DNA of 64,000 nt from Utricularia gibba (Eukaryota; Plantae; Magnoliophyta). The translations under genes and the position numbers were made by a program. The stretch spans positions 558,001-622,000 of the forward strand of contig NEEC01000002.1 in NCBI GenBank assembly GCA_002189035.1, given 5' to 3'. Numbering within the stretch: position 1 is the first letter of the stretch; every line of letters begins with the position of its first letter. Below, one piece after another: positions 1 through 14,504 of the stretch. A model generated the notes under the pieces. The model ran no database searches, had not been told where the DNA came from, and worked only from the letters and a program-made list of their open reading frames with translations.

Positions 1-625
1 CATCTCTGAATCTCGTAAAACCCACCACAATGTAAGGTCCCTTTGTGATTGTCTGTCAATCTGCCATAAAACAAGCCCATATAACCCAGTCAAATGCAAC
101 CGACACGCCAGCTCAAATTTCTTTTATTACCCACAGCACCACATCCGCATATTACACAAAACCCACAAACATCACAACTCCTGCGGACAAGACTTTTGTC
201 CCTGGATCTGAGATACAGAAAATCTGAATTTATTACCCAGATTCCCGAAGCTCAAAATGCGATCCCTTTCTCAGCTAAGACCACATGCACTGAGACTTCC
301 GATGCGTCCCATCGGCTGGGAATAGCGAATTCCCCGCTTTCAAGATCGAACAACTGGACGAAAAAAAATCAGGACTTTAGCGACGTTCACATCAGGATTG
401 GAAAGGGGTCACACCCCTTTATCTTTCTAAGAAAGTGGTAACTAGTGCTTCGTGATTTACTCCGTAGATTAGGTTTGAAATGGATACTCCTCGTCCTCCA
501 CAAGTGAAAACCAGTACAGTTCACGCAGCTCCACTTAAGCTTCTCAAGCGGTAAAAGAAAAATAAACACCGTAACCGTAACCTCAAAGCCGCGGGAGCCC
601 CCCCCCCCCCCCCCAAAAAAAAAAA
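1..625 (-). promoter_or_regulatory. Probable promoter/5' leader (one intron, about 236-61) of a minus-strand gene that continues left of the window
   Basis: Minus strand shows a donor ctgg|gtaata (about 236), an acceptor ttttatggcag| (61) and an exon ending in ATG at 3-1. Short uORFs lie upstream, and the segment is GC-richer than the AT-rich spacer beyond 630. No coding homology is visible. Confidence 0.3.
598..625. repeat. Abutting homopolymers C17-A11
   Basis: Direct reading: C at 598-614, A at 615-625. Confidence 0.9.
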
Positions 626-988
626 CGTGACTTTTTTCATTTTTGAATATAAATATATTTAAAATTGATAAAAAAATAAAATTCACATGAGACTTTTTTT
701 AAAAATATGATTAAAGTGATAATAAAAATATTTTACCTCATATTTTAAATTATAAATAAACTATTACTTTTAACTTGCATGCAGTAATATATGATATTCA
801 CACACAACGCCTTTTTTCCAGCTAGGAAATAATCTATTAGACGATATTTATGTCAGGAATATTAAATAATATTTTTAAATTATTTTTGTATAATATTTAT
901 TATTTCCCTTTCATGTACCTTTATGAAATTCTCCTGACTCACCATCCAATATCTAATGAAAGAAAAAAAGACATGTAATCAGCTAAAC

Positions 989-1238
989 GCCGCCGTTTGG
1001 CAAAAAAAGACCACGTGAAGAAGTAGGGTTTTCTTTGTTCGGCGGTGGGCGTTAGGGTTTGGGTAGGTTAAAGACGAGGGGAAAGTGTAATGAAGGGGGT
1101 GATTAATGTAATTAATTATCGTAATTAAACACCATGGAACTTTTGTTAATAATGCAGCATAAAATATTTAAATATAAGTTTATCTTCCTAATCAATTATC
1201 GCAAGTCAAGGGTAGGGAGGGGGTCGGGGCCGCACGTG
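989..1238. promoter_or_regulatory. GC-rich cis-element island: GCC-box, two G-boxes, two telo-boxes, G-quadruplex motif
   Basis: GCCGCC 989-994; CACGTG 1012-1017 and 1233-1238; TAGGGTTT 1024-1031 and 1053-1060; GGGTAGGGAGGGGGTCGGGG 1210-1229. Flanks are very AT-rich. Confidence 0.5.
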
Positions 1239-1419
1239 GATTCCGCGGGAACCGCTTCTTGACCTCCCGAGTTATGGAACAAATTCAACTTCACTACTTC
1301 CATTACAATGTAACTTGAAGTTATCTTTTGAATTATATGAATAGAATCATTTTTGAAATTATATAAATGAAATCAATTTTGAGATTAGGAATCCATTTTA
1401 CATAATAAAATTTAATGAA

Positions 1420-1467
1420 TAAAGTATATATTATAAAAAGTATATATTATAAAAAGTAAATATATTA
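1420..1467. repeat. AT-rich 16-bp minisatellite, about 3 copies (aaaagtatatattata)
   Basis: Direct reading. Confidence 0.7.
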
Positions 1468-2781
1468 AATAATATATTGGTTTTATTATAGAATGATTAA
1501 AAAATATAATTTTAAAATATTAAAGATAATTATTTCAAAAAATTATGTATGTAGAACATATTTTTTATATCATAACATCCGTCGAATAAATTAGAAAAAA
1601 AACCAACATATTTTAGTAAAAAAATTATGTTGTGAAATAATTAGATTTCATATATGTGTGATAAGATTAATTACATGACCTAATGATTGTCATAAATGAT
1701 TATTGTAAAATTTTGATAGAATAAAAATAAGAATTGATTTTATAATAAATGATAAATTTACCTATATTATGATTAATTTTATTTTATAAAATATCTTTTA
1801 AGCAAATGATATTTATAATCTATTTAGTATCATAATTTAGTTAAGTAATGACAATGATTGTAATATTGTAAAACATATGAATTTAATTTTAAGTTTATAT
1901 CATATAATTAATTTTTTTAAAAAAACTTTTTACCTATCCTTTTCTAGATTATAATAGAATTGAAATAATTTTTAAAAATAATTGTTTATTGAAGAGAATT
2001 GAATACATATTTTAAAAATAGAAAACGGTTTATTATCGCGGCATCATTAGGAATCTGGAATCAAGGAGTGGGGGCTATCATTTAGGCTTTAATTAATCAA
2101 AATTTATTTTATATTTATTATTTTCCCAATTAAAATAACGGGGAGTGGCTGCGCTCCCATGTGCGCGTCGCCACGGCACCCACATGGGGCGGCGTTGTGT
2201 CCTTTTGTTTTCTAATGCATACATTACCTTGCAATTAATTTATTCTTAAACTCATTTATTTCGCCGCTTCTTTAATGATTTCTTGCGGCAATGAATTGGA
2301 AATACAAACAATTAAAATACAATTTCTTAGTTTATCAAAATTTCGAAAATATAAAATAGTACAAATTATTTTAATTAAAATTATGACAAAAATCCAAAAT
2401 TTGGACGAATTTAAAACCTGGGTGAGGACAAATACATTATTACATTATATTAAGAGATCATTTGATATTAGAGTATTAATATGTTTAATAATAATGTAAT
2501 TTAATATTTATATATTCAATTATATATAATATAATTCAAAAATAAAAATTTGAATATGTGAATATTATATTATTATTCATTATTTTATCTATATGTATAT
2601 ACCATTTACATACTTAAAAAAATAAGTATATAAATAATATATTCATATAAGATTAAAATAAATATGTAGTTAATCAAATAATAATTTATCATTTACATAC
2701 TATGAAACACGTTTTACGATAAATGGGTCGATAATGAAGGGTAATTTGGGAATTTCCAAGTTGAATTTAGGTTTTCAAGAT

Positions 2782-4555
2782 TCACTTGGGTTCCAGCATG
2801 CGGACAACTTGGATCATGGACGGTCTTCTTTCAAGATTTGAATCAACGCATCTCATGGCTGTGAGCAGAGCCCGTTTAAGGGTGGCAGTGGATGGCCGTG
2901 TCTCCATCTTGGGGTCTGCAATGTCGTCTGCCCTCTTGCTCAGAACCATCATCTTTACCCAGTCCACGAGCTTCTTCTGCATCCACACAACCACCCTGTT
3001 ATCCCTGTGAATAGCCTGACTGCATTACGTACTGTTGAACAGAACCTCTTGCGAAGTGGGGCTGTTGTTCACTGGCTTCCTGCCTGTTATGGCCTCCAGC
3101 ATGACGACACCGAAGCTGTAGACGTCGCTCTTCTCATTGAGCAACCCACTGCTTGCGTATTCAGGAGCTACATATCTGTGTTCAGGTGGCTGTGTTAGCA
3201 CCCTCGTGGGGAAGATGAATGGAATTGAATGAATCACTTGGGGTCTGTTTCTACTCACCCGAAGGTCCCCATTACTCTGGTGATCACATGGCTTCTGTCA
3301 CGCCCAGCAGCTTTGCTAAACCGAAGTCAGATATCTTGGCATTGAAATCATCATCGATGAGTATGTTGCTTGGCTTGATGTTTCGATGCACCACTTTTGG
3401 CTCGATTGAGTCGTGCAGGTACGCTATCCTGGGAAACATATGGAGTGTGGAATGAAACAAGCACTGAGCATTCATATTAATAGAGTGAAGTGTTCTCACG
3501 CCCTTGCAGCTCCTAGTAGAATCTTCATTCTTCCCTCCCATGTCAAATCCCCTGGGGACATAGCTCCATGAAGCCACTGCTGGAGGTTGCCATTGTTGAT
3601 GTACTCATACACCAGGAGCCTGAATGAAGTATGCATAGAACATCAGTGGCCGTGGCTTGTCTAGTTTGATAGCATCTTCCCTCTACTATAAAGTGAGACA
3701 TCAGCTCCAGATGTGACAAAGTTTTCATTTTTACCAGAACTGATCATCTTTGTGGAAGGAAAGCTAGAAATGGATCAGTCATCAGTCTTGGCACCAACCT
3801 GTGTGTTCCTTCCATGCAGAAACCAAGAAGGCGGACCAGGTGTTTATGCCTCACATGACCAATAGCCTCTACTTCAACTCTGAACTCCCTTTCAGCTTGT
3901 CCCCTGCATCAAAACCAATGCTAAAATTACAACAGATTCTTGACCATGGGCAACACATGTTTCCTTGAAAATGTTACGAGTCGCTTAGAATCCTTTTGAC
4001 TGCAACAAGTGCACCATTGATCAGTCGCCCCTGGTATACTACTCCATGTTCACCTTCTCCAATTACATTTTCCTTAGAAAATTTGTCTGTTGCTGTCTCA
4101 AGATCCCTTAGTGTAAACCAGTGACCCCAACCCAAATGAGAGGACTCAGGAAGACCAGAACCAGGGGAAATGGAAGTTATCACGTTGTTTGCAGGCAAAA
4201 GACCGCCTGATTCGACAGATGGTACATCATTCAAAGACCCTGATTGACTTTGAGCATTGACATGCTTCCTCCTCTCCTCAGACTTCACATTTTTTTCTCT
4301 GCAGTTTTCAGGGAAATCAAGAATGCCATCGTTACTATGAACACAGTTGGCTGAATTTTGATCTACCCTTATTTCCTTAATTTCAGCAGATGCGTTTGGA
4401 GTGTGGATTATTGGTGAGTTGACATTCTTCTTCCTGAATATCTTCCGAGCATAACAGAGTAGCAGCACCAGAAAAAGTACCACGAGGAAGCTGATGGATA
4501 TGGTCACTGAAACCCAAGCAGCAAGGTGAGTCTTTTCATTGACTGCAGAACCCAT
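2782..4555 (-). CDS. Single-TM receptor-like kinase of the RLCK-V / At5g18500-At2g42960-GPK1 family; HRD->HRN; apparent 1-nt frameshift at about 3301
   Basis: N-terminal TM helix, [14 protein letters not shown] motif, [57 protein letters not shown] exons: 4555-3978, 3903-3798, then four more ending at TGA 2782. Confidence 0.9.
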
Positions 4556-5946
4556 CTTAGAGAGTCAAGGTTCATTAGCTGCCATTCACATAAATGAGAG
4601 TCAGAAAAAAAAGCATAGCTAATTCAAACTATACTGGGACACGATGTAAACTGAAAAGAGCAGTATATGCCATGAGTTCAGTATTCATACTTCACCTGTT
4701 CTATCAGGATGAAAAAATCCAGTTGCATTGCCAAGCTAAGCTCATCTACTTCATCTCTGTAAACTCAACAGGAATACTTGCCTGCCAAGTATACTATCAA
4801 GAAGCTAAGGGCTCTCTTCCTCTGAAACATAACTTGCATTCAACTCAAAGGGAAGTGCAGAAAATATATGGAATCAATCAAATTGTGCAGCCTGGAGACT
4901 CATAGGCAGACGTAAACTCAATGGTAGTTACCTGATACATCGCCAACTTTGTATGAGAAAGAGGCATTTAAACCTCATGACCCTTTTCCCACTTTTCCTC
5001 AAAAAGAATGATAGTAACAATGACAATGAAGGACCTCTGCAAGTCTCGTTACATTACATGCTTGGTAAATTATTTCACATCTAAACTTTTTGCCCCGCTG
5101 AATCACTGAAATAGACGTCAAAAACTGTCTGAAGTTGGTTTCTCATCCAAATTCCCCATTCAAATAATGCACAAGTTTGCGCCCATCTTACATATGTCTA
5201 AAACCATTAACCAATTTGATTTCATATTTCTAAGGATAAGATCATCAAGATCAGTACTTGAAATGAAAAATGGCTTTCTTGCATAAATAATGGGAGCTCG
5301 AGCTTTCAGTACAATAATGCATGCCAATGACAGCAGTGAGAGGGAATCTTGGCATAAAATGAATGCGACATCGTTGACAGATTAAAGGGCCATAAAGGAA
5401 GTATGGACAACGATCAATTTGGCTCCTACGCTCAAACGTGTTCATATCCACCCCCCTTACCAGTCCCTAATAGATGTGCAAATTTTCACATATCAGCGTC
5501 ATACATATGAGAACGCTTGTTCCTGAAAATAGGAGGGGGCCTGCCTCATGGACCCAATGGTGAAAACTGTAGATTTAGGCTTGTACTCTAAATTTGGCGC
5601 AAGATTTGGATGCGGAAAATGACTTACACCCTTCCTGGAAGGACACACAGCATTATCACTGGCTCCAATTATGTCCGCCATTACCGGAAGAAGTTCTAAC
5701 GTAGAATGTAGATAGGAAGCTGTTGCGCCGGACTTATTCAAGGAAGGTTTCCCTCGAGTTTTCTTCCAAGATTTGGATCAGAGTAGGATGATATAGATGA
5801 AGAGATAAAGCTCGATCAATGAATTATAAGGCGTTGGAAGCCATGGGACGACTTTGGAGCTCCCAGATCCTGGAAAAATTCGGTGGAACGAGTTGCACGG
5901 CCTGGTTTCAGATGTAGATGAGCTTGAAGCCTAAGGGGGAGTCCAA

Positions 5947-5998
5947 GGCCCATAAAAATTCGCTATTGCAACTTAAAGCTCTTGTCTGTAAAGGCCCA
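5947..5998. promoter_or_regulatory. Site II (GGCCCA) pair in the shared promoter between the kinase and TPT genes
   Basis: GGCCCA at 5947-5952 and 5993-5998, between divergent 5' leaders. Confidence 0.5.
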
Positions 5999-6845
5999 CT
6001 AGATAACAATGATTGAATATGCGATTACTGTCATAATTCAAGCAGCTTCTTCCCTGCTCAGACCTGACTCCATTTCCTCTTCTATTTCATCCACGAATTA
6101 CAAAATCTACATGTATTGATTATTGAACTCCACCCGCATTTCATCTGCTCTTTTTCATGCCGTTTTCAGTCTTTAATGCGTGAATACTGCATATTTTACT
6201 TCGTGAGTGTTGCGAGTTCCCCAGTTATATGGCTTTCGTCGGCAGGCTCGTCCTTATGCCGCTCTTCTTCAAATGAGGAGGTTCTTGGCTCTGGGAAGTT
6301 GAGGCGGATCGATAAAGCTTCCTTTTTTCAGATTAGTGTTAGAAGTTTTGCCCATTCTGTAAGTGGGTTCCCTGGATATGGTTGAAGATTCCCATTTTAG
6401 TTGCTTTTCTTCGTGTTGAATTTAACGCGTAAACGATTAAACCCTCGTTGTCATTTTTTTTTTTTTTTGTCATATTCAGTGGGATTGTTTGCGGCGATTT
6501 CACTTTCGTTTTGTATCCTTGTTTGAAGCGGATCGGGAAATGCCATTTCTTTTTGGGCGTTACTGTTCATGATTAGTTTGCTGTTGAAGTTCTCCGTTTG
6601 TTGATTCTTTTCTTGCGCTTCAAAAACTCATCGCGTTTTCTATAAGATTCCCATTTTTCATATCACGCAGGTGTGCTGTACATCTCCATCTCCAGATTTT
6701 GGAACCTGGATTTGTGATACAGCCAGAAAGAAGCAGATATCTGCAGAAATTCTTGTCCGTCTTCTATTTGCATCAGCCTAAACTGCTCCGGCTCGTGGCA
6801 TTCGACTTCTTGTGTGACTCCAGGACTGAGCAGCGATCATCACAA

Positions 6846-8857
6846 ATGAAAATGATTTCTAAGTCACTAGTTCTAACATATTTTTACCTGCTAGTCTACA
6901 TAACATTATCATCAGGAGTTATCTTGTATAATAAGGTTGTTAAGTCGTCCTTGCAATGCCAACATGTGCTTTCAGATTCATTTTCTCTGAGCCTTTTCTT
7001 TTTCCTGTTTTCAGTGGGTGCTCTCTCCAAAATATTTCAACTTTCCATTTCCTATCACACTTACAATGATACATATGGCATTTGCAAGTTCAGTAGCATT
7101 TTTCCTAATCCGTGTTTTCAAGGTAAACCTCGAGCTCCAATCCAGTAAACTTTTATGCTAGATCCAAGTACCTGATGCGTGTTTAAAATTATATCCTATC
7201 GCAATGCATTTTGATGCCACATAATTCTTTGGTTTCTGGGCATTAGATTAGCTATGTTTCGTCAGAGATATATTTCAGATACCTGATAAACTATTTATCT
7301 GCAGGTTGTGTCTCCGGTTAAGATGACATTTCGAATGTAGGAGACTCCTTCAAGGTCAAGCTTCTCAGGGTTCCTATGTATTCTTGTCTTTTTACTGCTT
7401 TGATTTTTGTTGCAGATATGCTTCTTGTGTGATACCAATAAGTGCCTTTTTCGCATCTAGTCTCTGGTAAGCTCTTACATTGCGAACCATGTTATGAAAA
7501 CTTCTTACTGAAACAAAAAAAAGTGAATAATCTGGCCGTTGAGATTTTTCACCTAAGTGTTTTTTATTTCATGAGCATCCGAAGCACAAAACATGAAGAA
7601 CCACGAGTCCATCACATTAATAACTTAGTTCCAGTCAGATATTATAAATCATCCTAGGAGAAGGACCCATTTTCTTCATTATTGATGGCCTGTTTTAAAT
7701 CTCAGGTTCGGGAACACAGCATACCTGCACATATCTGTGGCGTTCATTCAGATGCTGAAAGCCTTGAGTATTCAAAACTAATCACTGTATTTGTGATCCT
7801 TGGTGAAATAATTTTTTTTCTTTTTGTTGATTCAACATGCGTTTTGGGCAGTGCCGGTGGCAACATTTGTGGTGGCTGTTTTGTGCGGTACTGATAAACT
7901 GAGATGGGATGTGTTCTTGAACATGGTGTTGGTCAGCATTGGAGTTGTCATTTCCTCATATGGCGAAATTCATTTCAATGTGATTGGCACGATTTATCAA
8001 GTTACAGGGATATTTGCAGAAGCTTTAAGATTGGTCTTGACTCAGCTTCTTCTCCAGAAGAAAGGGTTGTCTCTAAATCCAATCACAAGCTTATACTACA
8101 TTGCACCCTGCAGGTCCGTGTAACCATCATCCTTCACCATTTCATTGCTCACAAATCTTCTGATATTTCCTTGCATTTGTGCAGCTTTGTATTCCTCTCT
8201 GTCCCCTGGTATTTTCTAGAGAAGCCCGGGATAGAAGTGTCTCAAGTTCAGTTCAACTTCTGGATCTTCTTCTCCAATGCCGTGTGTGCTCTCATGTTAA
8301 ACTTCTCGATATTCTTGGTGATCGGTAGAACTGGGGCTGTGACTGTTCGTGTGGCCGGCGTCTTGAAAGACTGGATCTTGATAGCCCTTTCAACCGTTGT
8401 CTTCCCAGAATCCATGATTACCGGGCTGAACATCACTGGATATGCAATTGGTACCTCTCTAAACTAGCAACTTGAACAATTTTCCATGATAGCTGACAAT
8501 GGGAAACATCTGCAACAATGCAGCTCTGTGTGGTGTGGTCCTCTACAATTATTTGAAAGTCAAGGAAGCTCGCACGTCATCTCAGATATCCGAAGCTCTC
8601 CCAGATCGGGTCACCAAGGTAGACGACTGTGGTAGATGTTTTAGATTTATCTTTTTGTTGAATGCCAAGGGGTTGATCGCCTTGTTTTGGTCCAAATGCA
8701 GCTGGATAAGAAAGCAGTTGATCCGTATATGGGTAATGGGAGCAACAGTGGAGAGGGAAATGGTCGTTCTCCATCAATTCTTGATATCAGTGAGGAGACA
8801 CCGCTGATTCCTCCATCTTCCGCGCGCAGAGCCCAGCAAAGTGCTCGCAGTGACTGA
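6846..8857 (+). CDS. TPT-family nucleotide-sugar / sugar-phosphate translocator (At3g17430/At1g48230-like)
   Basis: 9 exons splice in frame (6846-6935, 7015-7122, 7305-7336, 7416-7466, 7706-7767, 7852-8113, 8185-8450, 8524-8618, 8702-8857). Motifs [54 protein letters not shown]. Confidence 0.93.
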
Positions 8858-9249
8858 AGCTAACTGACATTTGCTTGTTTTTTGCCTATTTTTTTGCTTC
8901 ATTCATGCTGCTTCGAGTGCATTTTCCCTCAACTTGGTGATGCTTCATTTTATTCAAAAACAAGGCACTAGTAGTATCATCTTCAGAGTACCAAGGAGAA
9001 TCGAAAGAATAATGATACCCTCAACAGGATCGATCTTCACCAATGTAAATATGCATAACCAAATTAATCGATTTGCAGTTCATCATCCTACTAGACCTTC
9101 TCTTACTCATTCCACTGCTTCTAAAAGGAAGTAGCAGGGAATTGTGCTGTCAGTCCTCAGGAAGTGAAACAGGGATGCATGGGTTGATCTACTCTGGTGT
9201 ATCCTGTAACCACATTGCAGAAATTTCACACGCCAAGGATGCATTAAAG

Positions 9250-10894
9250 TCAGTCTGCAGCCATGAAGGGATCTGTATCAGAAAGATCGGCCACCAAAGA
9301 TTCCAGCTGATCTGGATCTTCGTCATCTGGGGCAAAGTGTGTAGGGAACGGGAGTTGAGAGATGTCTGGCTTCTTATACACAGAATCTTTTATGAACACG
9401 AAGTTCCCAGTGGCGCCTGGAATCTGTAAGTGGACACAAGAACATGTAGAATTAGAAATCTGATCATGAATTGTTCAGGAAACACAACAAAACAAGAGAG
9501 TGAGAAAACCATACTTGCCCTTTCACCCACAATAAGTTCCTGGCAGGTTCTATTTTGTAAATCCACACATTCTTTACAGTTCTTTGGTCCACGCCCATGT
9601 GTCCCGGCATTTTCTTGCCTTTGAACACCTATTCAGAAAGCATGTGATCACTAACAGCCATTTAGAAGTGGCCTCATCTACCTTATGGCAGTAGAAGCAG
9701 GAGAAGTGCTAATAAAAGGCTTAATGAAGAAATCGGTATGGTATACCTTCCCTGGCGCATCCCTTTGACCGGTGGAACCAATACTTCGATGCGATAATGA
9801 TGCTCCATGAGACGCAGGCATACCTTTGAAGCCCCATCTTTTCATTCCACCCTATAAATGAAACAAAGAAGATGACTTTAAGGAGACCAAGCTTCAAACG
9901 AATAATATTAGAGACAACACGATTTCGCATAGCAGAATACCACTGATGTGAATGACTAAATCAGCTCTTGAGAACATACGAAAACATAAGAGGAACAGGA
10001 TACCAAGATTGTGTGCAAAAGCTATTCTTACTAGTAATCAGTACATAATTTGCGAGGTTCTGTTTGGTATAGATACAGAGAAATGAGAAGCCAAAATCTG
10101 AGAAGAGCATAGAGGTCGACTTATAATAAATAAATTATCACCTGGAATCCCTTCCCCTTAGTAATTCCGGTGACATCCACATATTGTCCAGGAAGAAAAT
10201 GCCGAGCACCAATTGATGTTCCTAGCGGGAGAAGTCCATCTTCGGTAACAGGAAATTCCCTCAATTTTCTTTTCATTGGAACTCCTTGAGCCCTAAAGTG
10301 CCCAACTTCTGGTTTCGTCAAATGCTTCTCCTTTTTTTGTCCACACCCAATCTAGCTACCAACAACATATCGGCCATCATGACAACGAAAACAATGTCAC
10401 ACTGATGCAAACTCTATAAAACTAAGTCCACGAAAGTTAAATGGTAAAGACTATATTGCAAAGAAAGCACCCACATTCCTGGAAGATGAAAAGATTTAGA
10501 CACACATTCTGAGTGTAATAACTTCGAGAACCTGAAGAGAGCAAATTCCTTCCTTTTCTGGGGTTTTAACTTGGCAAACAACGTTATCATCCAACCAAAG
10601 AATCGTAATCGGAATCCTCGCACCCCACTTATCCCACACAGCCGTCATTCCACACTTCACAGCGATCGCCCCCGTCCGTTTCGAGCTTGGCGTCATTACC
10701 CTTGGTTTCGCTTCAATAGTTCTAATGCTAAATGCATCATCATTTTCCGGGATCGCGCATAGCTTCCTCAGCTGTGCAATGAGATACAAAGACGAAGACG
10801 AATGCGACGACGACCTGGGATCCGTACAGAAAATCTGGGCCACGCGACTTATGAGACCTCTCGAAACAGAATTCGCCGCCCCAAACGACTGCAT
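9250..10894 (-). CDS. RPL3: Organellar (mitochondrial) 50S ribosomal protein L3 with N-terminal targeting peptide
   Basis: 5 exons (10894-10532, 10351-10142, 9851-9747, 9628-9515, 9423-9250). Motifs [48 protein letters not shown]; resembles At3g17465. Confidence 0.95.
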
Positions 10895-11031
10895 TTGTAG
10901 AAGAAATCCGCGAAGCTCACAGAGGCGGGGAAGGGAAGCGGAGTTAAACTGCAAGATTAGGGCGATAGAGGGCAGCAACCAAGAACAGAAGCTATATTCC
11001 GATGGGTACTGATGCTCATCTTCTACATGAA

Positions 11032-11104
11032 AGCCCAAAACCACCCTGCTGAAGCCCATGGGCTGTTATTTATCCATTTTTCCCATGTGAAATGGGCCAG
11101 CCCA
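11032..11104. promoter_or_regulatory. Site II (TGGGCY) cluster, RPL3 promoter
   Basis: AGCCCA 11032 and 11053, TGGGCT 11059, TGGGCC 11093, AGCCCA 11099. Site II clusters are typical of plant ribosomal-protein and mitochondrial-protein promoters. Confidence 0.65.
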
Positions 11105-11694
11105 AATCCCATGCTACCCACTTTCACATTTCGGTTATTAAGACGTACATATGAAATCAAAACTATTATTCAAATTGATAAATTATCCATATCAATATTC
11201 GTATTCGAATTGTAATACATCCTATAATTAGAATACATATTAATCGAGTATCCAGTTTTCAATATTGAGGGTGCAATGTTCAATTTTAATAATTCTCAAT
11301 AATTTTTTACGTCTACCACCCCTTACATTATTCTATAGAAAATTTAATATATTTAATTTTTAATTATAAAAAATTAATTTATGTAGGATAATTAAATAGT
11401 AAAAATAAAAAATACATTTGATTAAATAACACTATATAATCTCTCATTAATAAGATGTCAATAGAATTCTGAAATTAAGAATAATTGGGTAAGAGTAATA
11501 CTAGAATGAATGAATCTCATGAAGTCATAGTATTTGACATCCCTTTTTATATTATTCGTACGTTAAATAGTGAAAACCAATTATTTCAATGAAAATTACA
11601 TTTATTATTTTCATAATCTATTGGGAACTAAAAATTTTTCAAATTTAATATTATTGTTTATAATCTCTCCCTCATTGTCGTTCTCTGTGCTTCT

Positions 11695-13999
<2,305 letters not shown>

Positions 14000-14120
14000 A
14001 GGGCTCCGCGGACGGAAGATTAAGGTTGATGGCGGCGACTGCTGCGTTTCTCCCCCCGCCTCCGGTTCTGTTTCAGGAGCTACAGGGGGGTTTCTTTAGT
14101 AAATGAAGAGATTACGTGTA

Positions 14121-14236
14121 GGCCCCACAAACTACAATAGAAGATTAAAAAAATAATAAAAAGAAAATAAGAGGGCCCAGACCCATCTGTTTTACAGGTG
14201 TCATCGTCTTATTGGTCAGTTTCCTTGTTAGGCCCA
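14121..14236. promoter_or_regulatory. TCP/site II motifs in the roughly 500-bp bidirectional CIPK1-AGD promoter
   Basis: GGCCCCAC 14121, GGGCCCA 14173, GGCCCA 14231; the two ATGs are at 13999 (-) and 14505 (+). Confidence 0.55.
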
Positions 14237-14504
14237 AATTCAACGATGGATTATTTTTCTATTTTTTTATTATTATTTTTTGTTGTCGTCTGGTCGGGTT
14301 GTGGCAACAGGGAGGTGGAGAGACTGCGTGATTTGCTGTTGCCTTCAAGCATTCACCGGACCTCGAGATTTCATCTCCGATGCGATAAAAGCAGTGCGTG
14401 TCATCAATCTAGGAACGACGCCGTATTATATTGCGTGCTTGGTTGCATCCCACCTCGATTCGAGTCTCCGGCTTGCCCACCGGAAGAAACGATCTCAGCA
14501 AGGG

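Noticed and set aside
1300-2760. Very AT-rich spacers (also 46260-46700, 61540-62000, 62580-63540) as MITEs or Helitrons
   Set aside because: No terminal inverted repeats, target-site duplications or TC...CTRR ends could be identified by eye.
11672-11694. CIPK C-terminus as given by the ORF track (...KKHRERQ*)
   Set aside because: It results from reading through a GT-AG intron; splicing gives the family-like ending FCEILAREV...*.
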